Assembly: GCA_003602475.1 (NCBI GenBank)
Contig: QQSC01000015.1
Span: 46,313-110,312, forward strand
Origin: Candidatus Poseidoniales archaeon
Lineage (GTDB): Archaea; Thermoplasmatota; Poseidoniia; Poseidoniales; Poseidoniaceae
Length of the DNA: 64,000 nucleotides
Direction: 5' to 3'
In this document: positions 1-10,500 of the stretch, piece after piece
Layout: every line of letters starts with the position of its first letter
Numbering within the stretch: position 1 is the stretch's first letter
Made by a program: the position numbers and the translations under genes
The notes under the pieces: generated by a model
Told to the model about the DNA's origin: nothing
Databases searched by the model: none
Seen by the model: only the letters and a program-made list of their open reading frames with translations

Positions 1-11
1 ACCAGCCCGAT

Positions 12-1424
12 TTGTGGGCTCTTTTGCTTTCTTGGGCGTTCAGTCCTCTCATGTCTCACCCTGGTCGGTTGTTGCTGGGCGTGCAACACAACTGGTCTCG
101 GCCGTACTTCAAACGGGGGGGGAGTCAGCCAGAGGTGGTTCGCTCATTGGAGTTCTGTCATGGGATTTTGAACAGCATTGAAGGTTCGAGGGTCGCGGTT
201 GAAAACGACAGGGTGTTGATCGTTGGAAAACTGGGCCATGTGTACGAAGTCCGTGTTGGTGACGGCCAGCACGGCGCCCCGTACCAGATTCGACATTTGA
301 TGCACTTTCAAAACGGAGCGGGCGATGAATTGTGCATCCACAGCGGTGAACGCACGTCTTCGGTGCCCATCGGCGACACGTTGGGCTCGGTTCTGTTGTC
401 GCTGTACAACGACACCGTTGCCGCTCGTCACATTGAGAGTTTAGCCGTCGTTCTGTTGAACACGCCTCCCCTTGGGTTCCCAGAAGAACCAAACGAGCTT
501 TGGTGTGGAATGCTGGATAAAGACGCCGTTCGGGAGGTCAACGGCCTTCGAGACATGAGGGGAGGGTTCATGGGATTGCGCGCCCCGGGATATCGTTGGT
601 TTCAAGGTCGACGTGGCCAATCTGTTGAGGAAGGGCTGGATGAAGAACGGGAAGCTCAGATGTTTCACGGCCTCATACGTCGGCACAACCGTGGGCGGGG
701 CCGCCGACGTGGTCGTCGCTGGGTTACCAGGTTTCAAGCAGCGCTTGATTCGGGTGATGGGTTGCCGTACGATGACGTTGTTACGGGGTGGCGGGCTTCC
801 GTTGAACCCTATGAGGGCCGTGTCGCTCGCGGCCGTAGGCACCGTTGGGAACGCGGGCTTCCACGCCGCCATCAAATGGACTTCCGCCGGGCGATGAGAA
901 TCGCCCACCGACACAACGGCGACATGCATCAAATCGGAGACGGTCGAGACGGTGAACGGCGATGGTGTGAAGCCTTTTCTCGCGTATGGGGTCTTCTCCT
1001 CCACCAGCCCATCGGTTCATGGGTGGACGTACCCAGAGCCAATCACGACGCTCTGTCGTTCCAACACGCCGAACTTCGCCTCTCCGTCAGGTCTCAACTC
1101 GAACGTCGGTTTGTGCATCAGATGATACGATGGTGCGGTTATGTCGCAGAGGGAGAAATCGAAGGGTCTCTTCGTTTCCGACGTCGCGATCATCCGCAAG
1201 CCAACGCCCGAATGCAAGTGTGCGAGGCGTTGGGCAAACTTCAGAAAAAGCAGGGCGTTCGGGGTGCTCCTCCACGATGGTGGAATTACGCCGAACCCTT
1301 TGCCGCTCCCGGAGAAATGGGGGCGCTTCGTTGGCCGTTTCATGAAGATCTTACGGATGATCAGAATCAACAAAGAGGCAGGCAAGAGCTCATTCGCGAG
1401 GATTTGCCCATCTTCCTCGAGTGA
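12..1424 (+). CDS. Hypothetical protein with an Arg-rich central segment. The N-terminus may be cut by the window edge.
   Basis: It is the longest uninterrupted ORF in the first 1.4 kb. It ends convergently, with a 35-bp overlap, against the 3' end of the thioredoxin-like gene on the minus strand. Competing minus-strand ORFs are Pro/Thr-rich antisense-like. I recognised no family motif. Confidence 0.35.
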   Translation: MWALLLSWAFSPLMSHPGRLLLGVQHNWSRPYFKRGGSQPEVVRSLEFCHGILNSIEGSRVAVENDRVLIVGKLGHVYEVRVGDGQHGAPYQIRHLMHFQNGAGDELCIHSGERTSSVPIGDTLGSVLLSLYNDTVAARHIESLAVVLLNTPPLGFPEEPNELWCGMLDKDAVREVNGLRDMRGGFMGLRAPGYRWFQGRRGQSVEEGLDEEREAQMFHGLIRRHNRGRGRRRGRRWVTRFQAALDSGDGLPYDDVVTGWRASVEPYEGRVARGRRHRWERGLPRRHQMDFRRAMRIAHRHNGDMHQIGDGRDGERRWCEAFSRVWGLLLHQPIGSWVDVPRANHDALSFQHAELRLSVRSQLERRFVHQMIRWCGYVAEGEIEGSLRFRRRDHPQANARMQVCEALGKLQKKQGVRGAPPRWWNYAEPFAAPGEMGALRWPFHEDLTDDQNQQRGRQELIREDLPIFLE

Positions 1425-2289
1425 ACGCCACGGCCATCACCATAGCGGCAGTGGGCCATGCACCGATCCACGGCATGGATTCATCTTCGACAACCGGGTC
1501 GTCTTGTGGCGGAGCCACGGGTTCGGTCGGTGTGAGTTCGTAGACGAGATGGATTTCCAAGTCATCGTCATCGTGGGCAGCGGGCAAGTCAAGCGTGGCG
1601 GTACCGTTCATGGCATTTCCAAGGTCGTGGATGCTGTGAACGACATGCGGGTAGACCGCCAAACCGTTGCTGCCGTTTTCAAAATGAGCTTCGGTTTCAA
1701 CGACCCAAACGGTCACGTGGAGGTCGTAGCCATCCAATTGGCTTTGTTCAATGTCAAGTTGCCATGCAACGGTGCCTGAATCGAGGCCTGCAGGCGTCCA
1801 TGCGAAGGTTGTGCTGCCGTTGCCCAAGTCAAGGTTGGTGGTGGCCAGGTTGGTGAATTCGTTCACAAGCGTGCCGTCATCAGCCACGCTACCTATCTTT
1901 TTCATCGAGCCGTTGAACACCACGGTAGGTGGTGAATCGTAACCGTACTTGTCCTTCCATCTCTGGTCCAGAACATCGGTGCCGAAAGGATCCTCGGATT
2001 CGCCGATGGAACGGTGAACGTGATACTGCTGCAACAGACCATTGGCTTGCACTTCTTCAAGAGCGTGCTCAACATCAACGCAGTTGGTGCACCACGTGGC
2101 CGTAAACACCTCCACGACCGTTTTCAGGTCTTCCAACCCGCTCGTTTGCGTCGTGGTGTTGTTGGCGGCTGTCCACTGCCCTCCAAACATGACACCCTCT
2201 TCGGTTGGCTCAGCCGGCAGCGCCGAAGCTGAACCGCACAATGCGGTAAGGAGAACAAACGTAGCGCCCAGCACGTGCCATCGATTCAT
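1390..2289 (-). CDS. Secreted thioredoxin-fold protein with a C-terminal hydrophobic anchor.
   Basis: It has an N-terminal signal peptide (MNRWHVLGATFVLLTALCGSASA). It has a WCTNC (WCxxC) thioredoxin active-site motif. The C-terminus has a hydrophobic stretch followed by basic residues (AMVMAVAFTRGRW). Confidence 0.6.
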   Translation of the reverse strand: MNRWHVLGATFVLLTALCGSASALPAEPTEEGVMFGGQWTAANNTTTQTSGLEDLKTVVEVFTATWCTNCVDVEHALEEVQANGLLQQYHVHRSIGESEDPFGTDVLDQRWKDKYGYDSPPTVVFNGSMKKIGSVADDGTLVNEFTNLATTNLDLGNGSTTFAWTPAGLDSGTVAWQLDIEQSQLDGYDLHVTVWVVETEAHFENGSNGLAVYPHVVHSIHDLGNAMNGTATLDLPAAHDDDDLEIHLVYELTPTEPVAPPQDDPVVEDESMPWIGAWPTAAMVMAVAFTRGRWANPRE

Positions 2290-2327
2290 GACTTGCCATC
2301 GGGCCTTGGTCTTTCAACATCGTGGCT

Positions 2328-3497
2328 TTAATCTTCAACTTCACCGAGGTCGTCGGCATTCTCGGACACGAGGCCCCTGGTCAAATCGTTCACTGAATGC
2401 TTGACGAACAAGGCTTTGCCTTGTGGGTAGAGCCCTTCGTTGACGGCGTTCTGCAGGTTGCGGAGGCAGCTCTTGATGCCGGCACCGGAGCGGTCGCCAA
2501 CAGCTCTGCCCAAGGCGGCGAGGTTCTGGTGCTCAAGGCCCAACGAGGTAAGGGCGGCCAACATCACGCTGGAACAGAGCATGGATTCGGCCATGTTGCT
2601 CGTGTGGGCATCGATGGAAGGTTCCTCAATTCGTGTGAGCATCTCCCAATACACGATGTTCAAGGCCAACATTTCCCTCTCACTCAACCGGTTCTCAAGT
2701 GTTCCAAACAGGTTCTCGCTGTGAATCTCAAGTTTATCGGCCCGAATCCCTGCGATCACAGCCTCGAATTGAGTGGTGCGGGGCACAGGAGAGAAACCGT
2801 TTCGGCAACGGGCTTTGTAGTGCTGGGAAATCGTTGACTTGGCGTTCTTGAATTGAGTTTGCGTGAGGCCGTTCTGATTGAGCAATTCCACCCGGTTGAT
2901 GCTCGGGGCGCTGAACCATTCATGTGCAAGTTCTGCGATGGCGATGGCCATCAACAACAAGTTTTGGCGGTCACCGTCCCCTTTTACCCCAGCTCCTTTG
3001 CGGGTGATGCTCGTTTTGGGGCACTTCAGCAGTTTCCTCTCGCTGCTCCCCAGGGTTCTGCGTATGGCTTCCTGCTGAGGCGACAACTTTTGAGCGGTCG
3101 CTCGCGTAAGGAATTGAACCGTAGCCGCGAGGTTTGTACCAAACAATTCTTGCAAGGTGGCAACGAGCTGCCTGTACATCGGGTCCTTCTCGCGTTGTGT
3201 GGAGCGGTCCAATCGAGCCAACCGACGGAACATCGACCGGGTCTCTCGGCTCAGCAGTTGGCCGTTGACGTCCCTTCGGTCCCCAAATGGGTTCATGGTC
3301 GTCCCTGGTCCAAGGCCGTTCAGGGCGTTGACGCGTTCGCTTTGTCGTCCGTCGCCCATGGTGGTGGAACTGTTGGCGTTGGCATCAACGGGGTTGTGTT
3401 CTTCAACCGAACCGCACATGTCGCAGGCCATTTCACCTCGAACATCGTCGATCGTCCAGTCGGTTTCCTTCTCGCATTCTCCGCACATTTTCTTCAT
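2328..3497 (-). CDS. tfb: Divergent TFIIB/TFB-like transcription factor. It has an N-terminal C4 zinc ribbon and an expanded linker.
   Basis: The CGECEK…x15…CDMCGS motif is a CxxC-x15-CxxC TFIIB-type ribbon. The C-terminal helical region is weakly cyclin-like (SMLCSSVMLAALTSLG…GIKSCLRNLQNAV). The ORF track starts at 3545 (Met1); Met17 (MKKMCGECEK) is the likelier start. At about 390 aa it is longer than a canonical TFB. Confidence 0.5.
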   Translation of the reverse strand: MKKMCGECEKETDWTIDDVRGEMACDMCGSVEEHNPVDANANSSTTMGDGRQSERVNALNGLGPGTTMNPFGDRRDVNGQLLSRETRSMFRRLARLDRSTQREKDPMYRQLVATLQELFGTNLAATVQFLTRATAQKLSPQQEAIRRTLGSSERKLLKCPKTSITRKGAGVKGDGDRQNLLLMAIAIAELAHEWFSAPSINRVELLNQNGLTQTQFKNAKSTISQHYKARCRNGFSPVPRTTQFEAVIAGIRADKLEIHSENLFGTLENRLSEREMLALNIVYWEMLTRIEEPSIDAHTSNMAESMLCSSVMLAALTSLGLEHQNLAALGRAVGDRSGAGIKSCLRNLQNAVNEGLYPQGKALFVKHSVNDLTRGLVSENADDLGEVED

Positions 3498-3624
3498 TTT
3501 TCTTCCTCTCCTTACATGTCGGTCAAGTGTATATAAACAATCCAAATCTTGGTTCCCCCGATTTGGATCTTCTTCCTCCTCCCATCCGTCGAGATGGTTG
3601 GGTGGCGGCGGACTTTTACAAACA

Positions 3625-3695
3625 TGACCATATCTTAATTATGACACCTAGTATAAAAAGTTAACGCACGAATGCTTAATTTGTGCGGTGAAACG
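3625..3695. promoter_or_regulatory. AT-rich island, a candidate bidirectional BRE/TATA region between the divergent tfb-like gene and the addB-like gene.
   Basis: It is a local AT-rich stretch in a GC-rich genome: catatcttaattatgacacctagtataaaaagttaacgcacgaatgcttaatttg. On the minus strand it reads TTTTTATAC, which is TATA-like. Confidence 0.3.
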
Positions 3696-3736
3696 AGGCC
3701 ACATGCGCGAGAAAGCGTCGTCAATCTCACAACCAA

Positions 3737-6700
3737 ATGAACATATGGCCTAAATGTTCCATCCAGTTCCTCACGCACCTTCAATTACCCTCGCCGGCGC
3801 TTTCCGTGGTGAACACCATGTCGCACCATCGGATTACGTCGGAACGGGTACCCTCGGGTCAAGGCATGCCACCTTGGCTCTCACAGGCGTTCCTATCCGT
3901 CGACGACCCCGGTCTATTGGTGGTACACCCGAACGAAGCACACCGTCAACAAACGCTTCAGCGCCTCCACGACATGGGGGGTCATCCGTCGCCACAATCC
4001 CACACCACGATGAATCAATTGCTCCGTTTACTCCACGTCGATTTCCGATTGCCGGTGATGTTGAACGACGATGTCACGAACTTCATGGGACTCCATCGGA
4101 AATGCGAGGAAGCTGCCGAAGATTTCGCCTTCCCTCTGTTGCACACCCCTGGCGCAGGAGCATGGTCCATTCAGAAAACCAAACGCCTCGTGACCTTGTA
4201 TGCCGAAGTGGCTCCGATGCGTTCCCCGTTTTCATGGTCCTCCAATCCAGGCGTTGATGTCTTGCATCAATTGATGCTATCGTTGGAACATGAAGAGGGA
4301 GGAACGCTGCCCGCATTGCTGCCACACCACGTGCTGAACGCTCTTGGAGAAACCGAGGAAACACCGTTCCACTTCTCCACCATCAACGGCGTCATTCTGC
4401 TTGACATGGCCCCCGATTTCTCTGAAATTGAACAGGACATCATGATGTCCTTGTCGGTTCACTGTCCGCTCCATCAATTGATTCATCCCGGTTCGTTTCG
4501 CCTGGGGTTCCACGGAGCCTACCTCGTGGACGAACCACCTTGCACCGACGATACCTTACCAACATGGGTACCAAATCACGAGGTGTGGGACGGTGACGGG
4601 GCTTCTTGGACAAGTGAGGTCGGTGAATCTCGCAACCGGACCATCACGCGGGTGGTTCTCGACGATCCCGAACACATGCTTGACGCAACGGCTCACATCG
4701 TTCATGACGTCCTTCAACACCAAGGTGGGCGTGTTTTGGTGCTCGATGGACAAGCCCATCAGCGGCAAAGGGTTTGGCAACAACGCTTTGCACAGCTCGG
4801 CATCTTCTCAGGCTCATCCAGCAAATCGGTTGAAGGTCAGCCGGTTCATTCCGCGTTGATCCACGCAGCAGGATTGGGGCTGGGAATGGACGCCTGGTCG
4901 CTTCCATCGCTTCGCACCCTCATCGCCTCCACGGCGCTCCCATGGCCATCGGACATGTTCCCTGCCTTGGAGCACCCCACTCAGCCGGAGTGGCGACCAT
5001 CTCCTCACCTTGACGTCTTGACCGACATGGCGCAGAACTTCCACGTGTTGGGTGGGCCAGGGGCGATTGGCAGGTGGCTGGGAGCCCTCTCTCAAGCCCA
5101 ACCTTCTCTCATGGAGCGTCGACCGGATGAACGACGACAATCCTTGGAAGAAACGCAGTGGTGGTTGGCATGCATCTTGCGATCTTGGACGCCCCTCCTT
5201 CTTCCGGAAGACCGGTTTTTGGCCGACCGAATCCAGCAAGGATGCAGTTCAGGTCAACCTTTGCCAGTGCCTCAAGCCCCGTCAAACGGTTTGGCATGGC
5301 TGAGTGAAACCATTCAGCGGCTGGACTTCGAACGTCTTGGTGGGTCAGACGCCCGTTTTAACCGCGGCATGGGCGACCTCCATGACGTCATGGAGGCCCT
5401 GGTACGAATCGCCGAATCCGAGGGCACCGAAGGGTTGGTCGGTACGATGTTTATCGAGGTGTTGCGCATGATCGGGCAATCGCTTCGAATCGCCACCGTT
5501 GAACCACAATCAACGGATGTGCTTGTCCTCACACCAGAAGACGCCCTTGGCTGTGAGGCCGACGTGGTTGTGCTGGCTGGACTGGATGTCCAATCTTGGC
5601 CGATGAAACACGCTGTGGTGCCGTGGTTGGACCCAGCAGCCCAGCTCGAATTGGGCATGTTTCACAACGATTTACTCGTTCGTCAGGGGCGGCATCATTT
5701 ACGCCATGCGCTCAACGCAGGACAGCATGTTTGGGTGTTCGACACATCACCCGTTGAAGATGCAGGTCCAAGTGCGCCTTTAGCAGAATGGCTGACGGAA
5801 GTTCGACGCTCAGGGGCCATGTTGTCCATGCGCAACCCTCCTGCTTACGTCCCCACGACCCACCACCAAGGTCAAGGCAACGATCGATGTTGGGACTGGC
5901 GTGTTCGAGAAGAAGGTCTCGGGGCTTGGTTGTGCCCGCTGCCAACCGTGCAAGAGGAGGACGAACAAGGGGCTTTCATCCGACGTACTGGACCGTTGCC
6001 TCGTAATCGAAGACAAGCCGCAGGGGTCAATCTGCAACGTCATCGAACCGGCTCCACCAAGGTACTCAACCCGACTTCCCTCGTCCACGCCCATGAGATG
6101 GCCTTGGTGAGCGACCGTCATCGCCGTCAACCTGCTTCAAAACGCCTCGCAGAGGGTGAACATTTGCCGTGGAGCGGGCGAAATCGATTGGTCAGTATGG
6201 ACAGCGTGAACTATTCCCTGCTGGATACCAAGCAACTGGAAACGCCGAGCGTGGGAGCGCCCGAGTGGCCCCACCTTGGGTTCCGTCCGGAACGACGGTT
6301 GGCCATCGGCGTCGACCCGAGGCCATTGCCGCCCTACGGTTCAGCACCGGAAGGGCTGGCCAAGCGGATGGGGCGTCTGTCAAACGGATTCACCCGTGGG
6401 CGTTGGTCGCCCAGCCGACTCGAAAAGGTTCTCAGGTGTCCCCGTCAGGCTTGGGCCGAGACTCGGCTCGAGATCAACGAAGACGAATCGCATCCATCCG
6501 AAGACGTGGACAACCGAACCCGTGGACAATTGGTGCACGATCTTTCCGTGGCTTTGATGGAAGCCCACGGCCTTGAAGTGAGCGAGGAGACCAATCAATC
6601 GCCGGTCCCCCTTCACGAGGGGCCTTTGGAGACGTTAACGATGGCTTGGGGGGAAACGTTGGCTTTTCTTTCGGTGCACGCCACTTGGTTGGGCCGGCCA

Positions 6701-7540
6701 AACGCTGTGTCGGTCCATCGCACAAAGGCTCTGTTGAACGCCACACCGGATGAGTGGGGCCTTCACATGTCGGGGGATCTCGATTTGCCCATTGGCGGGC
6801 AAGTGGGCGCCATGGTCACCGCCGATTGGAAGTTGAAGGGGGCCGCACCTCTGGTGGTTGAATGGCCCGCTCGCCAATCCGCAGGCTCGCCAATTCCCAT
6901 CGATGCTGTCCGTGAGGACGGCACAAAGGGTGGTTTCGACATGTTCGGATACGCTGACAGAATTGACGCGGTGGTGCTGAGCGATGAACAACAAGACGTG
7001 TTGATCGCCTCAGGTGTGCTGTCCGACGAACACCACGACACACCTTACCCGCTGGACGGGCAGCCACGAGGAGCGCAACGGTTGATCGTTGTTCGAGACT
7101 TGAAAACGGTGAACGGCCCGAAGGTCGATCGAGCAGGCCTACGGCATGCCCGTTGCGTGTTCGAGGATCTTCAACTCGCCCTCTACGCTCGGGCTTGGGA
7201 AGTTGCTCATCCGAACGATCGCGTGGTGGGCGTTGGGGCAACCGAAATCGGTGAACAAACCGTCCATTATGTGGAATTGGACGAAGCACTCGACGGCATT
7301 GCTTCAACCTTAATGCTGGGTGATGTGACCGAACATCTGCGGCATCATTTCCCTGTGACTGAAGCCGACGGAGAGGGTCAGACCGCGTTCAGGCGATGGA
7401 TGGCTGAACGCCTCAAAGTTGCCCAGCGAGCGGTGGACGCCATGGCCAACGGCCATGCAAACGCCACGCCGGGAAGGCACTGTTCCTATTGTTCGCTTCA
7501 GGATGCTTGCGACGTGGCTGAATTGGGAGGTGGCCGTTGA
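3737..7540 (+). CDS. AddB/RexB-like nuclease subunit of a two-component helicase–nuclease. It has a C-terminal RecB-family PD-(D/E)XK domain with a 4-Cys Fe–S motif.
   Basis: The C-terminus has GYADRIDAVV (a GxxDRID-like motif II), VVRDLKT (a D-x-K motif III), and the cysteine pattern RHARC…HCSYCSLQDAC (C…CxxCx5C, as in AddB/Cas4). There is no Walker A near the N-terminus, consistent with an inactive-helicase AddB/RexB-type subunit. Its stop overlaps the next gene's ATG (ATGA, 4 nt). Confidence 0.6.
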   Translation: MNIWPKCSIQFLTHLQLPSPALSVVNTMSHHRITSERVPSGQGMPPWLSQAFLSVDDPGLLVVHPNEAHRQQTLQRLHDMGGHPSPQSHTTMNQLLRLLHVDFRLPVMLNDDVTNFMGLHRKCEEAAEDFAFPLLHTPGAGAWSIQKTKRLVTLYAEVAPMRSPFSWSSNPGVDVLHQLMLSLEHEEGGTLPALLPHHVLNALGETEETPFHFSTINGVILLDMAPDFSEIEQDIMMSLSVHCPLHQLIHPGSFRLGFHGAYLVDEPPCTDDTLPTWVPNHEVWDGDGASWTSEVGESRNRTITRVVLDDPEHMLDATAHIVHDVLQHQGGRVLVLDGQAHQRQRVWQQRFAQLGIFSGSSSKSVEGQPVHSALIHAAGLGLGMDAWSLPSLRTLIASTALPWPSDMFPALEHPTQPEWRPSPHLDVLTDMAQNFHVLGGPGAIGRWLGALSQAQPSLMERRPDERRQSLEETQWWLACILRSWTPLLLPEDRFLADRIQQGCSSGQPLPVPQAPSNGLAWLSETIQRLDFERLGGSDARFNRGMGDLHDVMEALVRIAESEGTEGLVGTMFIEVLRMIGQSLRIATVEPQSTDVLVLTPEDALGCEADVVVLAGLDVQSWPMKHAVVPWLDPAAQLELGMFHNDLLVRQGRHHLRHALNAGQHVWVFDTSPVEDAGPSAPLAEWLTEVRRSGAMLSMRNPPAYVPTTHHQGQGNDRCWDWRVREEGLGAWLCPLPTVQEEDEQGAFIRRTGPLPRNRRQAAGVNLQRHRTGSTKVLNPTSLVHAHEMALVSDRHRRQPASKRLAEGEHLPWSGRNRLVSMDSVNYSLLDTKQLETPSVGAPEWPHLGFRPERRLAIGVDPRPLPPYGSAPEGLAKRMGRLSNGFTRGRWSPSRLEKVLRCPRQAWAETRLEINEDESHPSEDVDNRTRGQLVHDLSVALMEAHGLEVSEETNQSPVPLHEGPLETLTMAWGETLAFLSVHATWLGRPNAVSVHRTKALLNATPDEWGLHMSGDLDLPIGGQVGAMVTADWKLKGAAPLVVEWPARQSAGSPIPIDAVREDGTKGGFDMFGYADRIDAVVLSDEQQDVLIASGVLSDEHHDTPYPLDGQPRGAQRLIVVRDLKTVNGPKVDRAGLRHARCVFEDLQLALYARAWEVAHPNDRVVGVGATEIGEQTVHYVELDEALDGIASTLMLGDVTEHLRHHFPVTEADGEGQTAFRRWMAERLKVAQRAVDAMANGHANATPGRHCSYCSLQDACDVAELGGGR

Positions 7541-10500
7541 TGGTGCGATTCAACAACAGTCAACGGCTTGGCCTCGACCTCGATCGCCACATCGCCCTCG
7601 ACGCCGGTGCGGGAACAGGAAAAACCACGGTGATGGCCGAGCGGTACGTTCAGCATCTAATTGCCCACGACCAGCGGGCCACGCACGTCACGCCACCCGG
7701 GCCAAGAACCCCGTTATCGGGCCTCGGAGCGTTGCGCGCACCACAACGGGAACGAACCGGAATCGATGCGTGGCCGGGGCTTCTGCCTGCTGAAGTGGTG
7801 GCCATCACGTTCACGAAAAAGGCCGCCGCTGAACTCAAGGCTCGTATTCGAGTTCGACTGGCGCGTTCACGAGCTCACGCACCAACCGAAGACGACACAG
7901 AGGGCATGTTTGACCCGAGACTGCGCTCAAACGCCGACGTCGAAATGCTCTTGTCTTCGCTTGACGAAGCACCGATTTCCACCATCGATGCTTTCCTCCA
8001 TCGGCTGGTTCAGCCTTACATCGACAGAGTGGCGTTGTACCCCGCTCACGATATGGTGGCCGAGGCGCAAACCCCGCTCATGCTCAACGATGCGCTCCAT
8101 ACGGTTTGGCGGGTGAGATCGGTTGAAGACGCCCATGAAGCAGGGGTGTTGAATCATCATCAGGCGTTCATCGATGCCAGGAATCGTTTGGTTACGCTGC
8201 TGGGAGGCCAGCAACCTGCGGAGGTGGTGCTCAAGGGATTGATGGGCCGTTCGCTGTTTGTTGAACAGTCTCACCGGTCAATGATTCAACGGGCAGAGCG
8301 GCTTGGATTGCCTTGGAACGGGCGAGGGCCAGCCCCTGTTGCGCTGCTGTTGGATCTCATCGCTGAACCCGTCGCAGATGATGTTGTTCCATTCGTGGAG
8401 GAACTTCATGCGACCTTGGGCACATGGAAGGACCTGTTCTTGGCTCACCATGCCAATTGCGTTGCTCCAAGTGAGGCTGAGACACACCTCACCCGGTTCA
8501 ATCATCTTGTTCGCATGGCACAAGCGCCTTGTCCACATCAGCCGGGGGACGCCCTCAGGTGGGCGTGGTCGTTGATGATGGCCTTGGCTTCATCATCAGG
8601 ACTGGACCGTCGCCCAACCTCCTTTTTTCCGCGAAACAACCTGCCCAATGCAGATGAATGGCCTTCTGGGCTGCTGAGCAAATCAAACGTTAAGGGGATG
8701 AGTAAAGGTGAGAAAGACGACCTTTACGCTATTGCTCAAGGTTTCCAAGATGTGCTTCGGGATCGTCTGAACAGTCCTTTGGGGTCGCTGGTGCATTTGC
8801 TTTCACGCGCCGCCTTCTTCCTCAATCCTGGCGACGGACTGGACGGCATTCCACTCACCTCACCTCTGCGAGTGGAACCGTTGGCGCTTCCGCTGACCGA
8901 TCAGCCTCCGGCGCTGGGAACCTACATTGACGGAGCGTTGCAAACCGAGGTGCTGAGCGACCTCATCACGATTCATCGTGCATGCCACCAAATCCTCGCC
9001 CGACGCAAATCACTGGACGGTTTGCATGACTTTGACGATTTGCAGCGTTATGCTGCGGATGTGCTCCTCGCACGTTGCCCAGACGCATGCCGACATCTCT
9101 ATCCTCCAGAGGTGATCGACGTGCTTGACGGGCTCGGCGATGAGCCTTGGAGCGATGCCCACATTACTCGGGCGTTGACGTTGCTCAGCGACCAGGAGCC
9201 GCTCCGCGAGGATTTGCATCGTCGATTTTTGATCTTGGGGGAGATCCGTCGACAATACAGGGCCTTCATCATCGACGAGTACCAAGACACCAATCCTTCC
9301 CATTTCCGCTTGTTGGCTCGCTTGTGGGGCCGGCGTACTCGCCAGTCCGACGATCCGATGCGACCTCAAGGTGACTGGGATCCCACCGTTTGCATCGTTG
9401 GGGACATGAAGCAATCGATTTACCGGTTCAGACAGGCCGAAGTATCGGTCATGCGAAGAGCAGTCGCCATGATTCGCACCTCCAACCTCCTCGAAAGCGG
9501 TGACACAAGGCTGAATCATCTCCAGCAGGAAGGGCACGGTCGCGACCCACGTCCGGTTGGTGCTGGAGGGGAAGGGGGTTCGTTCAGCAACGATCATTCC
9601 ATCACCGTTTCTGCACCGCACAGTTTTGTTCGTTTGGACATTGAGGATGGAGAAACCACCCCTTCAATCGATGGAGAACGGTTGTTTCGGCGGCAAGAAG
9701 GTCATATTGACCTGACATCCAACCACAGAACCCGAGCAAACCTGATGAACACCATGAACGATGTGTTCGACGAGGTGTTCGACCCGGTGCATCATGAACT
9801 TCCCGGTGACTGGCATGCAGAATCCCAGCGTTTGAGGCCTGCGAGAGAAACGGAGGAAGGGGGTGTATTGGAATGGCTTTTGCCGGTTCAAGGTGATTTG
9901 GGAGATGTCGCTGCTGACCTTGATGCCCCCCTCAACACCTTCGAAGACCCGAATGCCTCCGCCGTTCATTTGGAACACGAACTTCTCGCCCAACGGTTGT
10001 CATCGTTGGTCAACGGCGACTCCACGCGGGTGTGGAACAGCACCGAGGCATCCTGGACCAACGTGCCAGAAACGGGTCCTTCTGTTCGCCCTTCAGATGT
10101 GATGATTCTTGTCAATTCCCGTCGGCATTTACCTGACCTGGTGCAACGTTTACGCGCTCGAGGTTTGCCTGTCATGGCCGACCGAATGGGGTTGCTTTTG
10201 ACCCAACCCGCCGTCAAACCGCTCCAAGGCTTGTTGACCCTCATGGCCCGGCCAACATCTCGACTTGCAGCGTTCACGTTGGCTCGTTCACCCATCGTGG
10301 GCATGGACGAAGACGCTACGACGGCTTGCCTGCAAGGCATGGGGCCCAACGAAAACGCCTGGCCTCATTTGATCGCCCACGCCCCGAATGCGGGCGTTCG
10401 TATGCTCTTACAACGCCTCCGACGTTTGGTCGAACGCGGCGCTGTGTACGAGGTTTTTGACGATGTGTTGGACCATTCGGACCTGCTGGTGGCCCACCCT

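Noticed and set aside
1141-1779. 212-aa plus-strand ORF.
   Set aside because: It overlaps the signal-peptide-bearing thioredoxin-like gene on the other strand for most of its length. It has no motifs.
3754-4257. 167-aa plus-strand ORF in an alternative frame at the start of the AddB-like gene.
   Set aside because: It is out of frame with the 3.8-kb ORF that continues to the Fe–S nuclease domain. It is Arg/Pro-rich.
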